Shown one piece after another: positions 9,533-20,943 of a stretch of DNA of 64,000 nucleotides. The translations under genes and the position numbers were made by a program. The notes beneath the pieces are model-generated. The model did no database searches. It was not told the origin of the DNA and saw only the letters and a program-made list of their open reading frames with translations. The stretch spans positions 20,274,001-20,338,000 of the forward strand of contig NC_083413.1 in assembly GCF_020745735.1 (NCBI RefSeq), given 5' to 3'. Position 1 is the stretch's first letter, and each line of letters opens with the position of its first letter. The DNA is from Hemiscyllium ocellatum. Its lineage: Eukaryota.

Positions 9533-12500
9533 GTAGGTCAAACAATCATAGAATCGTGGAATCTCTACATTGCTTAGAAATGTTATTGGACATCTTTGAA
9601 GAGCATTCCACCCAGTCCAAGAACTTGAATTCCTCTCGATTTTCGCCTGTCTAGCCCACCACACTGCACATCCCTAGACAGTACCGGGCAATTTAGCATG
9701 GCCAATCCATCTAACCTAATCTTAGTACAGAGCAGTAAACGATAAAGTAATCCTGATTTCATGCAATCTCGCCGCCCCAATAATGTTCTAAATTCAGTGG
9801 TTAATCATCAATTGCGGTATTCTAACAGTTTTGTCATTGTTCTGAATATGATTACATTCTGGTATTTTGATTGGAATAACTACTTACGCAGAATAATGCC
9901 ATTCTTAGCTGCCTATTTTACCAAGTCGAATTTCAGTTTGATATTGCACACAATGTAAGGACAAAATGGAATCTCAAGAAAAGTCACAAAAGATTCGAAA
10001 CGTTGGCCCTGTTTCTCTCTCCACAGGTTCTCCAGCATTCTTTGTGTTTATGTTTGATTAAGGAAATAATGCTTACTTGTAAGGACATGGAATTGTTGAT
10101 GACTGAAATGGTAATATGGGGGACAGATTCTAAAGGAATCAAATCACTATGTTCAATGATTCGGAAGCATACTGAGTATGAACAAATGAGTATTAATTAG
10201 AAATATTCTCTGAGTTAGTGGTGATGTAACTGGAATTCGTTACACAATATTTTGTGTTTATCTGCAAATCAAATCTGAACAATATTCGGCAAAGGTGTAA
10301 TAATTTGGACAGAATCTAAAACAGAATTTCTAAAGATGGCGATGATAGAAACCTGGGGTTGAGATTTTGCAACAAACTGCAACAAATTGCTGGAGAGATT
10401 AACAAATTTGCAAAACGAGCAAGTAAATGCAATGCCATTGAACACAGTAACGTATGAAGTAGTACATTTAGCTGCGAAAAATAGAGACATCATTGATCAG
10501 TTTGCATGTGCATGTCTATGTAGAGTAGAAGGAGAAAAAGGATCTTGAATTACATGTAGATAGTTCACTGAGTACTTTGTCATCTGTTTGGAATGTGATT
10601 ACTAAAGCAAACCAAAACAAGAAGTTTCATTTCAAACGGGGGAATATTCTGATAAATCTGCATTGAACATTGGTTAGACCGCACTTAGTGCGCAACGTGC
10701 AGTTTTTTTCATCTTCTGGAGAAGCAAGACAGTGAGGATGCTGCAGAGATCATTTACAAAGATGATGCCGAAAATGTGTGAGCCTATATTTCAGAAAGGG
10801 ATTGACCGGCTGGTTTATTTTCCTTGTGGAACTGAAAACTGAATGACCTACAGAAGACTTAATGTGATAAACGGCGTTTAAGTAGTGGATATACAGTGAA
10901 TTTCTCATTTTAAGTGGGAGTATATCACTAGACGCCACCAATTCATTAACATTACCGATATAGATACTCACATTTTGGTCAGGAGCAAAGCAGTGGAAGG
11001 CGCTGTTGAACGTATTTTAAACTACACCTTTAGCTTGCTACTTTGGTGAGGCATTGGACCTTCCTGTCTGTGTGCTCAGTAACATTGGAAGGAATTGGCG
11101 AGGGCCAGTAAGTGAACTCGGATATAGTGGAGTTATGTTTCCTTTGAGGTTATTGGAACAATCCATGAGGGTAAAGAATGCGCAGTTTTCAAGTTTTCTA
11201 CTGGGTACAGTGTATATCTGTTATGTTGTGCGCATTTTGAAGTGTTTAAAATATTTCTAAGCCTTCTAAGGTTCTGACAGTTGTTTGCAAATATTTCCAG
11301 GGATTTCTAATTATTAACAGATATTTTGTGTGCCTCTTGGTATTTGCAGGCATTTGCATGGGTTTATTCATCCAACGATTTAATTACAGCTCAAGCATCT
11401 GTGAATCAGCGAAAAAGCGCAGGGAAGGGTGGGGAATAGATAATCAGCTCTGTTTTTGGGTGGGGTAAGGGAAGTCGGCTGGTGAGCAGATTCGGCGTTG
11501 AATCAGAATGGGATAATGGATGTTGATATTGGTGGGTCAGTAGATGTCAGCGGAGCCCGGATATAAAACGGTCCCATTGTGTTAGTCGTACACCGCACTG
11601 AATACATGCAGAATGCCATGGTAACGAAAGGTATGAATCGGGCGCGACATTGCCAATCAGTTGCAGTGGGTATCAGCATGAAGTTAGGAGTGCCGGGGCT
11701 GATTTGATAGTCCCACTGGCGAGACCCTTTTAAACAATTGTAACCCCGACACGAATCAGGGTATATAGCTGGCCATGAGTCGGACAATAGACCCAAATTT
11801 GTTCATGACATGATCCGTCCGGATCGTGGCCACTGGTTCCCAAGAAGGCCTTTCTGGCAAACCACAAGCTGCAGCATAAGTCGGGTACTTGGAATTTGCG
11901 TTTCCATCACGGATTTCAATTCAGGCGGGCATCTCAGCGGGGCTGGAAGATCTGGATGAATTAGATCTGGATAATTGGATGGTGAATGTATTACGTATAT
12001 CGTTTCCTTTTATATCTCACCCGCAGTTTTGATATCGCAAGCTTTCGCCTGATGCAGACCATGATATTTGCTATCGAAGAAATAAACCGGAGCAAAACTC
12101 TACTTCCGAATATCTCTCTGGGGTATGAGATCTACGATGACTGCTCGATCTCCGCGATAGCGGCCAAAGCAGCGCTGGCTTTGGTGAATGGAGAACAAGA
12201 ACTAATTGAATACCCTGAATGTAAAGGTTCTTCTAATGTGGCAGCCATTCTTGGTTGTGAAACATCCACGTCCTCCATTGCAGCCGCAAGAACGGTTGGA
12301 ACGTTCGGAATTCCAATGGTATCGCGTCTAGTACTTGACTACATATTTGCAACGCCTTTAGAATCATAGTATCTCTGCAGTGCAGGTAGAGGCAATTTGT
12401 ATCATGGATGGGCACTCACCCACCAAAGAGCATTCCATCCCTGTCCCTATCCCAGCATTTATCATGCCTACCACCTAATCCACCAAACCTGCACATCTTT

Positions 12501-15500
12501 AGACTCTAGGTCACCCAACGTCAAATTCGAAACCTGGTCCCTGGTGTCGTGAGGCAGCAGTGCTAACCACTGAGCCACGGTGCCGCCTAAAGTTTCATGA
12601 TGATAGCTTTTTGTTAATCCCAGACTTTTGGAACGCAAATTCTGCTATCTACCATAGCGTATTTTTAAAACCCAAATCCCCACGACCTTGTGTTTTCGTT
12701 TACTCATCTAATGTTATTACCAGTATGCCACCAACTCCCACATACCGTCCGTTTCCTCTTGAAAGCACAGTTACAATGGGTAGTGAAATTACCGTTATTA
12801 GATTAGATTAGACTTACAGTGTGGAAACAGGCCCTTCGGCCCAACAAGTCCACACCGACCCGCCGAAGCGAAACCCATCCATACCCCTACATTTACCCCT
12901 TACCTAACACTACGGGCAATTTAGCATGGCCAATTCACCTGACCCGCACATCTTTGGACTGTGGGAGGAAACCGGAGCACCCGGAGGAAACCCACGCAGA
13001 CACGGGGAGAACGTGCAAACTCCACACAGTCAGTCCACACAGTTATAGGAAAGAACATTTCAGACTCAGACAATCTTTATGATTCCAATAGTACATTCGC
13101 CTGTTTACTTCAGAAATATAGTTCACATGCAATCTCATGTTCTGACCAGCGTAAATTTCAGCTTGCCACTTGTCCTTTCTTTGAAAAACTCGACCAATAA
13201 TTAACTTTGTTCGATTAGTTCCAATCACAGGCGTACATACTTCGTATAGTACTTAATAAAATACATCAACAAATAAAGTACATTCATGCTGAAGATATAA
13301 CAGAGTAACATTTTAAAAACATATTTCAAAAACGACGAATGCATATTTAAATATATTTACTCGTTTTCAGCAGATCAGTTACTTCTCGACTTGCTCCTGT
13401 CTGAGCGATAAACAAGAATACCCGACTTTCTTCAGAACAATACCAAGCGACAAATATCAGTCCAAACTTCTTGCTGAACTCGTGAAAACGTTTGGTTGGA
13501 ATTGGATTGGCACGGTTAGAAGCAACACAGAGTATGGGAATTTTGGGATGAGAACATTTATCGAAGAGGCCCAAAAAATTGGGGTTTGCATCGCGTATTC
13601 TGAATCGTTTTACAGAACCGACCCCGCCGAGAAAATCAGCAAAATAGTGCAGGTGATGAAAGAGGCAACCACAAAGGTTGTGGTTGGATTCTTGCAAAGC
13701 GGCGATATGCGAGTGCTAATTAAGGAGATCTTGCGCCAAAATGTAACGGGGATACAGTGGATTGGAAGCGAAGGATGGCTTACAGAAGACATATTGTTAC
13801 CTGAAGAAAGAGCAAGGGTTCGCGTTGGGGCCATTGGTCCAACGACCCGTAGAACAGAAATAGCCGGCCTCAGAGATCACCTTCTGAAAATTCACCCTTC
13901 TAGGTTTCCTGACAGCATTTTTGTGAAAAAGTTTTGGGAAAATCTCTTCTCGTGCTCTTTAACGACAGGCGACGCGACAGAACCCGGAAGTTCTGCATTT
14001 CATTTGCAGCCATGCACAGGGAATGAACATTTAGATGGTTTAGAAAACGCTTACCTTCCAGCGATAATGGACGGAAGTTCCTACCATGTGTACAAAGCGG
14101 TCTATGCTGTCGCTCATGCACTTGACGATATGCTGTCTTGTGAAGAAGGCTATGGCCCCTTTACGAATAATACGTGTGCTCACATTTCAAGCTTTGAACC
14201 CTGGCAGGTAGGAAAATACTTAATAATGTTTCAGATCGATCCCATAGACGCCATCCACCTTTGAAGTGTGTACTGTTCTATTTCTACTTGAAGTTTTTTC
14301 ATGGCTCTATTTTCACAACCATTATTCCTGTAAGAAAATGAGAGAAAAGCATGCCAAGTGGACAATTCTGCATCAAAAGTAAAAAAAAATGAATATCGTA
14401 AATATTCAAATTTACGCATACACAAATATAGGTAACAAACCTAAATAGATCATTGTAAGGATATCCAAGGCCTGAAGCTCTTCAGGCAGCATAGTATTGA
14501 CTGAAGTGCTTGCGAGGTTTAATCACTATTGTGACGTAGAAAAAGAAAAGCTAAATTATAACAAAGGACATGTCACTAATAATAATGTGATAAATGCTCA
14601 GAATATCGGTGTTAGTTTTGGTGTTGGATGGGTATTTGTGAGCTTCGTCTTTTCGCTGTATTACAGAGCCTTAGTTCTCAGTGGAATGCTATATTTAAAA
14701 CATATCATTCCGACAAATCCGCACTCAGTGGAAGCTAATCTGCATTGTCTAATAAGTCTCAGCGGTGGGCAAGACTCCACATATTCTCAATCAGAGTCAT
14801 TCCTAATATTAGAATCATAAATCCCTACAGCGTGGATGCAGTCTATTTGACCCATCGACTTCCAAGTAGTATCCCAAACAGACACTCCCTACATTATCTC
14901 TATAACCTTGCATTTTCCATAGCTAACCAACTGAGTCTGCATACCCCTCAACACTAAGTGCAATTTAGCATAACCTTGCAAGGAAACTGGAACAAACACA
15001 CGCAGACACGGGAGAATGTGCAAACGCCACACAGACAGGCGCTCGGGTATGGATTCGAACCCGGCTCCCTAGTGCTGTAAGGCAACTGTGCTAACTACTT
15101 AACCACCGAGCCACCATTGATGGAAACATGTGCGACGGAAGATCAGAAACTTGCAAAAACGGAAGATGAATCTCCAAAGTCTATTTGTTCATGGCCGGAT
15201 GCTAATTTGTGATACAATTAATTTCTAAATTATCGGTGTTCATTTGTTTAAATTAATTTTAATGTATGTATCAAAATGACAGCCAAATGCTTATATGTCT
15301 TGCATTGTTCTCCTGCAGCTGCTTCACTACCTGCCCTCAGTAAATTTCACTGCTCACACTGGGGAAATCGTGCATTTTGATGAAAATGGTGATCCAGTCC
15401 CAACATATGACTTAATAAATTTACAAATAAATTTAGAAGGTTCACTTGATATTGTTAAAATTGGATACTATGAAGGGTCATCGCCGGAGGGACAAGAGCT

Positions 15501-18500
15501 TGTCCTGAATTTCGGAGATATCGTGTGGAGCTCCACTGGAAAGCAGGTATTTTCGTTGCGATTTGCATTAACAAATTATGAGAAAAAAAGTGACGTTAAA
15601 ACGCGAAGAATTGTTTAGACATGCAAGTATTTTTGTGAACTGTTAGAGCATGGGCGCCAATGGCAATGCCATTAAGCATTGTCCTTTCTCGCAGGCCTGG
15701 TTTTGCACACAACTACTTTGTTTTGCAGAACATCTGCTCCGATTTTCATTTTCCCCTTTACCCCTCAAAGCCTAAGATTTGTTTGCCCTTTCATTGGTTA
15801 TTTCTGTGCGATTCAACAATTGGGAATGCTCTTTTCATTCTCAATTTTGAATTGCCTTTTTATTTTGTCACAAACCTGGTTTCTTTTTTTTCAAAGTTAT
15901 TCCTTTTCTCAAGGATATTATGTCCTTGGTTTTTTTCATAGGGATAATAAACTGCTTTTGATTCCGATTAGTCTGCTTTGCTGCAGAGATTAAAAGGTAT
16001 TGAGAAGCCTTTTTGTTTATAAGTAAACAGATGAGACATCAGGCCAAAGTGGTCATGTTTTCGAAGTGACCTGTATAATGAAAGGGGAATGGTTAGCTCT
16101 CAAGCTGAGCAGTTTAGTTCAGACCAGAACTAGTTGGGAGTTCAACAGGGAGCTGTGTGGAAACAAACTCTCTCTCTCTCTCTCTGCCCTTCTAACTTCA
16201 ACCTGTAAGCATATGTTACATTCTTTAACCGAGTTTCAAGAGGGTTTGCTTATTAAGACTGTTGTGTATATTCGGAACAGCATAATTAGATCTAGTTCTG
16301 TAGGGGTTCTTGATTCTGTTCTTTGAGTTTCGTTGTGTAATCTTTTGAATAAATTGCTGTCTGTTTTAAAACCTGGTAATCAACCTAGTTACCTCATGCT
16401 GGGTAATTTTCAGTGTAGGCAGACCCAAAACAAATTGCAAATGTATCATCTGGTATGCCTGGTTAAGAATGCTCTGAGTGGTCTGGCCTAGTCCATATCA
16501 ATTGCCATACACTGGACGTGAGATCAATGCATGAAATGTTGAATTTTTTATTATAATCCTTCATGGAATTGGAATATTTTTGTATGCATTATTTCTATCT
16601 ACCTGGAAACTTTAGAGCCAAGAAAATTGGTCTCTGGACTCTGGTCTCTGTTTTCTCTGCAGGGAGCTACAGGTCTTGCTGAGCTTCTCCGGCAATCTCT
16701 CTTTTTAGTTTGTTGTCGCCCATTGTTTTCTTTCAGAGTAGTGAGCTGAGATTCGGTTTTAGATTACTAAAGGCCTTAACAGAATAGACGTAGAAAAAAT
16801 ACATACTCTTCATTCATCAATTTCGTCAACTTAGCCAGCGAACACTCACATGCAACCTCACAAATGCCACTGGATGTTATGATACAGATGGATTTAATAC
16901 GAAGATGCAGAAAGCGCCGAGAGAGAAAACAATTGACACCTATGGTGTTGGTTAAGCTTTCATGGAGTATAGTTTCCGTGTAATTTATGTAAGTGACGTC
17001 ACATGTACGCAAGTTTGTGTTGTTACCTCCTCTTAGTAACAATCTTATGCAGGTACAGCGTGACTACTTTATGTTGGATTATACCAGCTGCAGAGTTCGT
17101 TCAGGGAACCGCGCAAAGCATTCGGAGCTGACAGACGATAATTACCATTATCAGTTGAAGAAAAAGGTTCCCACATTGAATGGATAACAGACTTTCATCG
17201 ATAGGCCTCAACTTTACATTATCGAGATTCTTCCTACTTCACATTTTACAAAATGTGTTCTTCAAATTAACAATAAATTTGAATGATTACAATGTGTCCA
17301 CGACGACGAATTCCTCAACTATGACTTCCGAACGTTTGTTTGAACTGGATGCTGTTTTTTGTCATTGACCACAGCGTCAAGTTTTGATGAGTACACTGGA
17401 AAGGAATCATTGGTGGTAATGCGTTTACCTTGCAGTCCTTTCTCTATTTCTCGTCGGTTTCCAGCAAATATTTTATGAACGTTCAGAATGTCAAATGCAC
17501 AATTTGTTAAAACAGTGTTGGTCAAAATTATGTTCCAAATATTCGCTTAAAGTTGACTATGCACTCATGAAGATTTTACCAGGCAGAGTAATGTTGTTTA
17601 TACTTTGCCCAAATTTATTTATTTGAAAGCAATCATAAAATGATGCTTATATAATTACCAATAACTTCATTTTTTTCAACAAAGAATCCGTTAATTAAAT
17701 CAGTAGTTGTCTTTGCAGCATTATTTTATTTTGAGATGTTCCGTGTGAGTCGTTTGCAAGAAAAGGATTTATCCATAACTACTGCTGAGGAAACGTTGGT
17801 GAATTTTCTTGTACAAACACCACAATAACTTGGTCGTGGTCCACCTCCAGTGTTGTTCGCAGGAAGGCGAAAGACATCGATTCAACTTGAATGAACTAAG
17901 AGCAATAAACTGTCAAACTAAAGCTGTCCGTGTTTTGTTTGGACGGCAATTACGTATGTTCTATTCATTCTTTTGGCAAATGGTCAAGACCTGACACTTG
18001 CGTGACATGGATGTTACTCAACAGCAATATTTTTAAGGCTCGATGCTTTCTGGGTCTGCGTGCATGTGGGTGAGACTTCTTCATTATCTGAGTAAAAACT
18101 GTTAAGTTCCCGTTTTGATCTCCAAGATGCTGGCCGAGTAGTAGCGCAGCGTGCTAGCTCCTGACCGTAGCCGATCGCCCGCTTTTTCTTCTCTTTTCTT
18201 CCTTCACAGCTTTTTTTTTACTTAACTACCGGTAATTACCTTCTGTGGAGTGATCGAGCCAGAACATGGGATAGTGAGGGAGCAGTCGCAGGGGAGAGCG
18301 AGCCACAGTAGATAAGAGGGAGAAAGCGAGCCAAACGCGGAGGATAGACAGCCTAGCGCAGCAGCAATAGATGTTCCCCCATTATCTACGGGATCGAGAG
18401 CAGCGGGTATGAGGTCTCCTGGTATCTGCGGCGGAGTCAAGCGATAAATATCTAGCCAAATATGCAGGCCAGCACGGAGGAGATGAAACCCTTGTGGGAA

Positions 18501-20641
18501 ATGCCAGCTCAGAATGGCTAAGCACTTAAGAGGAAGTGTTGAAACAATGTTGAACGTTTAACTTTATTTATTTTTTCTACGTTATACTAAGAATAGCTAT
18601 AATGCTGAACTTTTGAGATTCTTTCCTTATGTTTCTACTTTATAACTAAGATTTTTTACCTGGTTACCTTTGTACACAATGTGCTCTGGGTATGGCGACA
18701 TTGTACACTCCTACATCAAAATCGAATTCAAAATCGAAATCCAAAATGAGAAATTATGAGGTATTGTTGAGCCAGTGAGGTTTGACAGCACTATTGATAT
18801 TACGATTTTGCTTCCTATGGCGTTTGAACTGGGGATGGTATTTGGCTGGACGGGAAACGAAATTGATATGTTTGACGGGCAGGACATATTCAGCTAATCT
18901 TCAAGAAATGTTGTATATGTACCGGAGAGCTTGGCGTTTCTGTTCTATCTACTCCGTTCAGCCACTTCTCGATATCATGATGGATGGATAGCTGAATTGC
19001 TGAATTGTTGAAGTCTGAGATCTGTGAAGGTCGGGATCTTAAGGCCGGGTAGCGATGTTGGTTTTCTAGGTAGCTTGCTTCGGCTGAAGATGTTTGAAAA
19101 ACACTTGGACTCATACCTAATGCGTTCCACTAATATTGACGTTGGTGTATTCAGGGATCCTCTATTCCCTTTGGCTTGATACTTGACCACCACCAGACAC
19201 GACGCATGCGGCAAATAGAAAATTGCGGGCAAACAGTTTGCAGTGGTAGAAAATTGGTCACTTATAGGACTAAAGCTTCAGATGCAAAATATAGTAAAAG
19301 AGAATTGCCGTAATTTGCAATGCACTGCCTGCTGGGATGTTAGCAATGCATTGAACAGTCAACACTCAAAAGACTTTTTGTTTAGTATTTGAACAGAAAA
19401 AGTGCCGGGTGCCCGGCCTTGCACATACCTCTCCAAGTGACAAAATATTAACACCTCAACGTCTTTAAGCTATGATTCCATTATATGAATAACCCAGGTA
19501 TTATTTCCTTTGTCTTAGATTCCACGTGCCCTTTGTTCCGAGCCTTGTCCTCTCGGATCAAGAAAGGTCAGTAGAAAAGGTCAACCAATATGTTGTTTTG
19601 ACTGTGCAGAGTGCGCCGATGGAGAGATTAGCAACATCACAGGTATGTACAAACATGGGACCAAGTACGACATACGTTGGTATGTAGCCAATATAAATTT
19701 CGAACTAAAAAATTGATTCTCTCATTCTTTCAGATTCAACGGATTGTATCAAGTGCCCTTTGGATTACTGGTCGAATCAGCAAAAGGATCGATGTGTTCT
19801 AAAAATGATTGAATTTCTTACCTTTCAAGAGGTTCTGGGCTCCGTCTTAGTGGCGCTTGCTTCAGTGGGAGTGTGTCTTGCACTGGGTACAGCTGCTGTA
19901 TTCCTCCGGTATCGGGAAACACCTATCGTTCGAGCGAACAATTCGGAGCTGAGCTTCCTCCTTCTCTTTGCACTAACGCTTTGCTTCCTGTGCTCACTTA
20001 CCTTCATTGGGAAACCGACCGGATGGTCCTGCATGTTGCGGCGGACTGCGTTTGCAATTGTATTTGTTCTCTGCATTTCCTGTATTTTGGAGAAAACTGT
20101 TCTTGTTGTGATCGCTTTTAAAGCAACTCTTCCCAACAACAACTTGATGGGTTGGTTTGGACCCATGCAGCAACGGTTAGGCGTGTTCGTTCTTACATTT
20201 CTTCAAGGTTTAATTTGCACAATCTGGCTCATTGTATCACCTCCTTATCCAGTGAAAAACATGACCTATTATAGAGACATCATTATTTTGGAATGTGAAG
20301 TGGGCTCTTTAAAAGCCTTTTATTTTGTATCAAGTTATATTGGTCTTCTCTGCACTGTATGCTTCCTGCTAGCTTTTCTTGCCCGGAAACTTCCAGATAA
20401 TTTCAACGACGCGAAGTATATAACTTTCAGTATGCTGATCTTCTGTGCTGTTTGGGTCACTTTCATTCCGGCTTATGTCAGCTCTCCTGGAAAGTACACG
20501 GTGGCCGTCGAAGTGTTTGCCATTTGGGCGTCAAGCTTTGGTTTACTTGTCTGCATTTTTGCTCCGAAATGTTATATTATCTTAGTGAAACCGGAGAAAA
20601 ACACAAAGAAAAAAATGATGGGCAGAGGCTCTTCACAGTAG
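9324..20641 (+). CDS. V2R/OlfC (CaSR-like class C GPCR) gene B, 6 exons, 864 aa
   Basis: join(9324..9532,12027..12318,13374..14207,15319..15546,19519..19642,19734..20641); all introns GT-AG, phases 2/0/0/0/1. Signal peptide, Venus flytrap domain ([39 protein letters not shown]), Cys-rich NCD3G domain, 7TM ([20 protein letters not shown]). Confidence 0.95.
12027..12318 (+). CDS. V2R gene B exon 2
   Basis: ccgcag|[37 protein letters not shown]|gt; 292 nt. Confidence 0.93.
12799..13035 (-). mobile_element. HE1-like V-SINE (young, 5' truncated)
   Basis: V-SINE core GTGTCTGCGTGGGTTTCCTCCGGGTGCTCCGGTTTCCTCCCACAGTCCAAAGA on - strand with (TCTAA)n tail; near-identical to 61795-62030; absent at the paralogous site in gene D intron 2. 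Confidence 0.85.
13374..14207 (+). CDS. V2R gene B exon 3 (VFT)
   Basis: [43 protein letters not shown]|gtagga; 834 nt; alternative acceptor at 13371. Confidence 0.93.
14810..15116 (-). mobile_element. Degenerate V-SINE
   Basis: tRNA-like head (GGTGGCTCGGTGGTTAAG..GGTTCGAATCC on - strand) plus V-core remnants. Confidence 0.7.
15319..15546 (+). CDS. V2R gene B exon 4
   Basis: [28 protein letters not shown]|gt; 228 nt. Confidence 0.93.
15866..16500 (+). mobile_element. Solo LTR related to the LTRs at 20944/25415
   Basis: TG...CA ends (TGTCACA...CATATCA), flanks ATTT/ATTG; shares TGTA(T/C)AATGAAAGGGGAATGG and terminal TCT(G/A)GCCTAGTCC with the full element; absent in genes C and D intron 4. 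Confidence 0.7.
19519..19642 (+). CDS. V2R gene B exon 5 (Cys-rich domain)
   Basis: [35 protein letters not shown]; 124 nt. Confidence 0.93.
19734..20641 (+). CDS. V2R gene B exon 6 (7TM)
   Basis: ttcag|[22 protein letters not shown]..7TM..GSSQ*. Confidence 0.95.
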
Positions 20642-20766
20642 TTCTTAAGTTTCTCTATTTCTGGTCTCAAAATGTTCATTCTGGAGATTGTTGTACCAAT
20701 ATTAATATTTCTTGTTGATTAAATAATTTTCACTCAAGTTCGACGCAGTTGTGTTTTGTTCTAATG

Positions 20767-20772
20767 AATAAA
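20767..20772 (+). terminator. Poly(A) signal AATAAA of gene B (putative)
   Basis: AATAAA ~125 nt after the stop, followed by T-rich sequence; the aligned position is AATACA in gene C (45363). Confidence 0.55.
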
Positions 20773-20943
20773 ATTAATTTACTTCGATTTTATATCAATT
20801 TTCTTGTTATTTTTGAAGAGTGCATTGCTGGAACTCTTTGCCGCCGTTGTCTTAGGTTGGTTTGGAGATGAATTGCAGGCACAAGCTGCTCTGATAGTAA
20901 GTAAACAGAAGAAGGAAGATTTGCGGGTGCTCAAAATCAGAAA

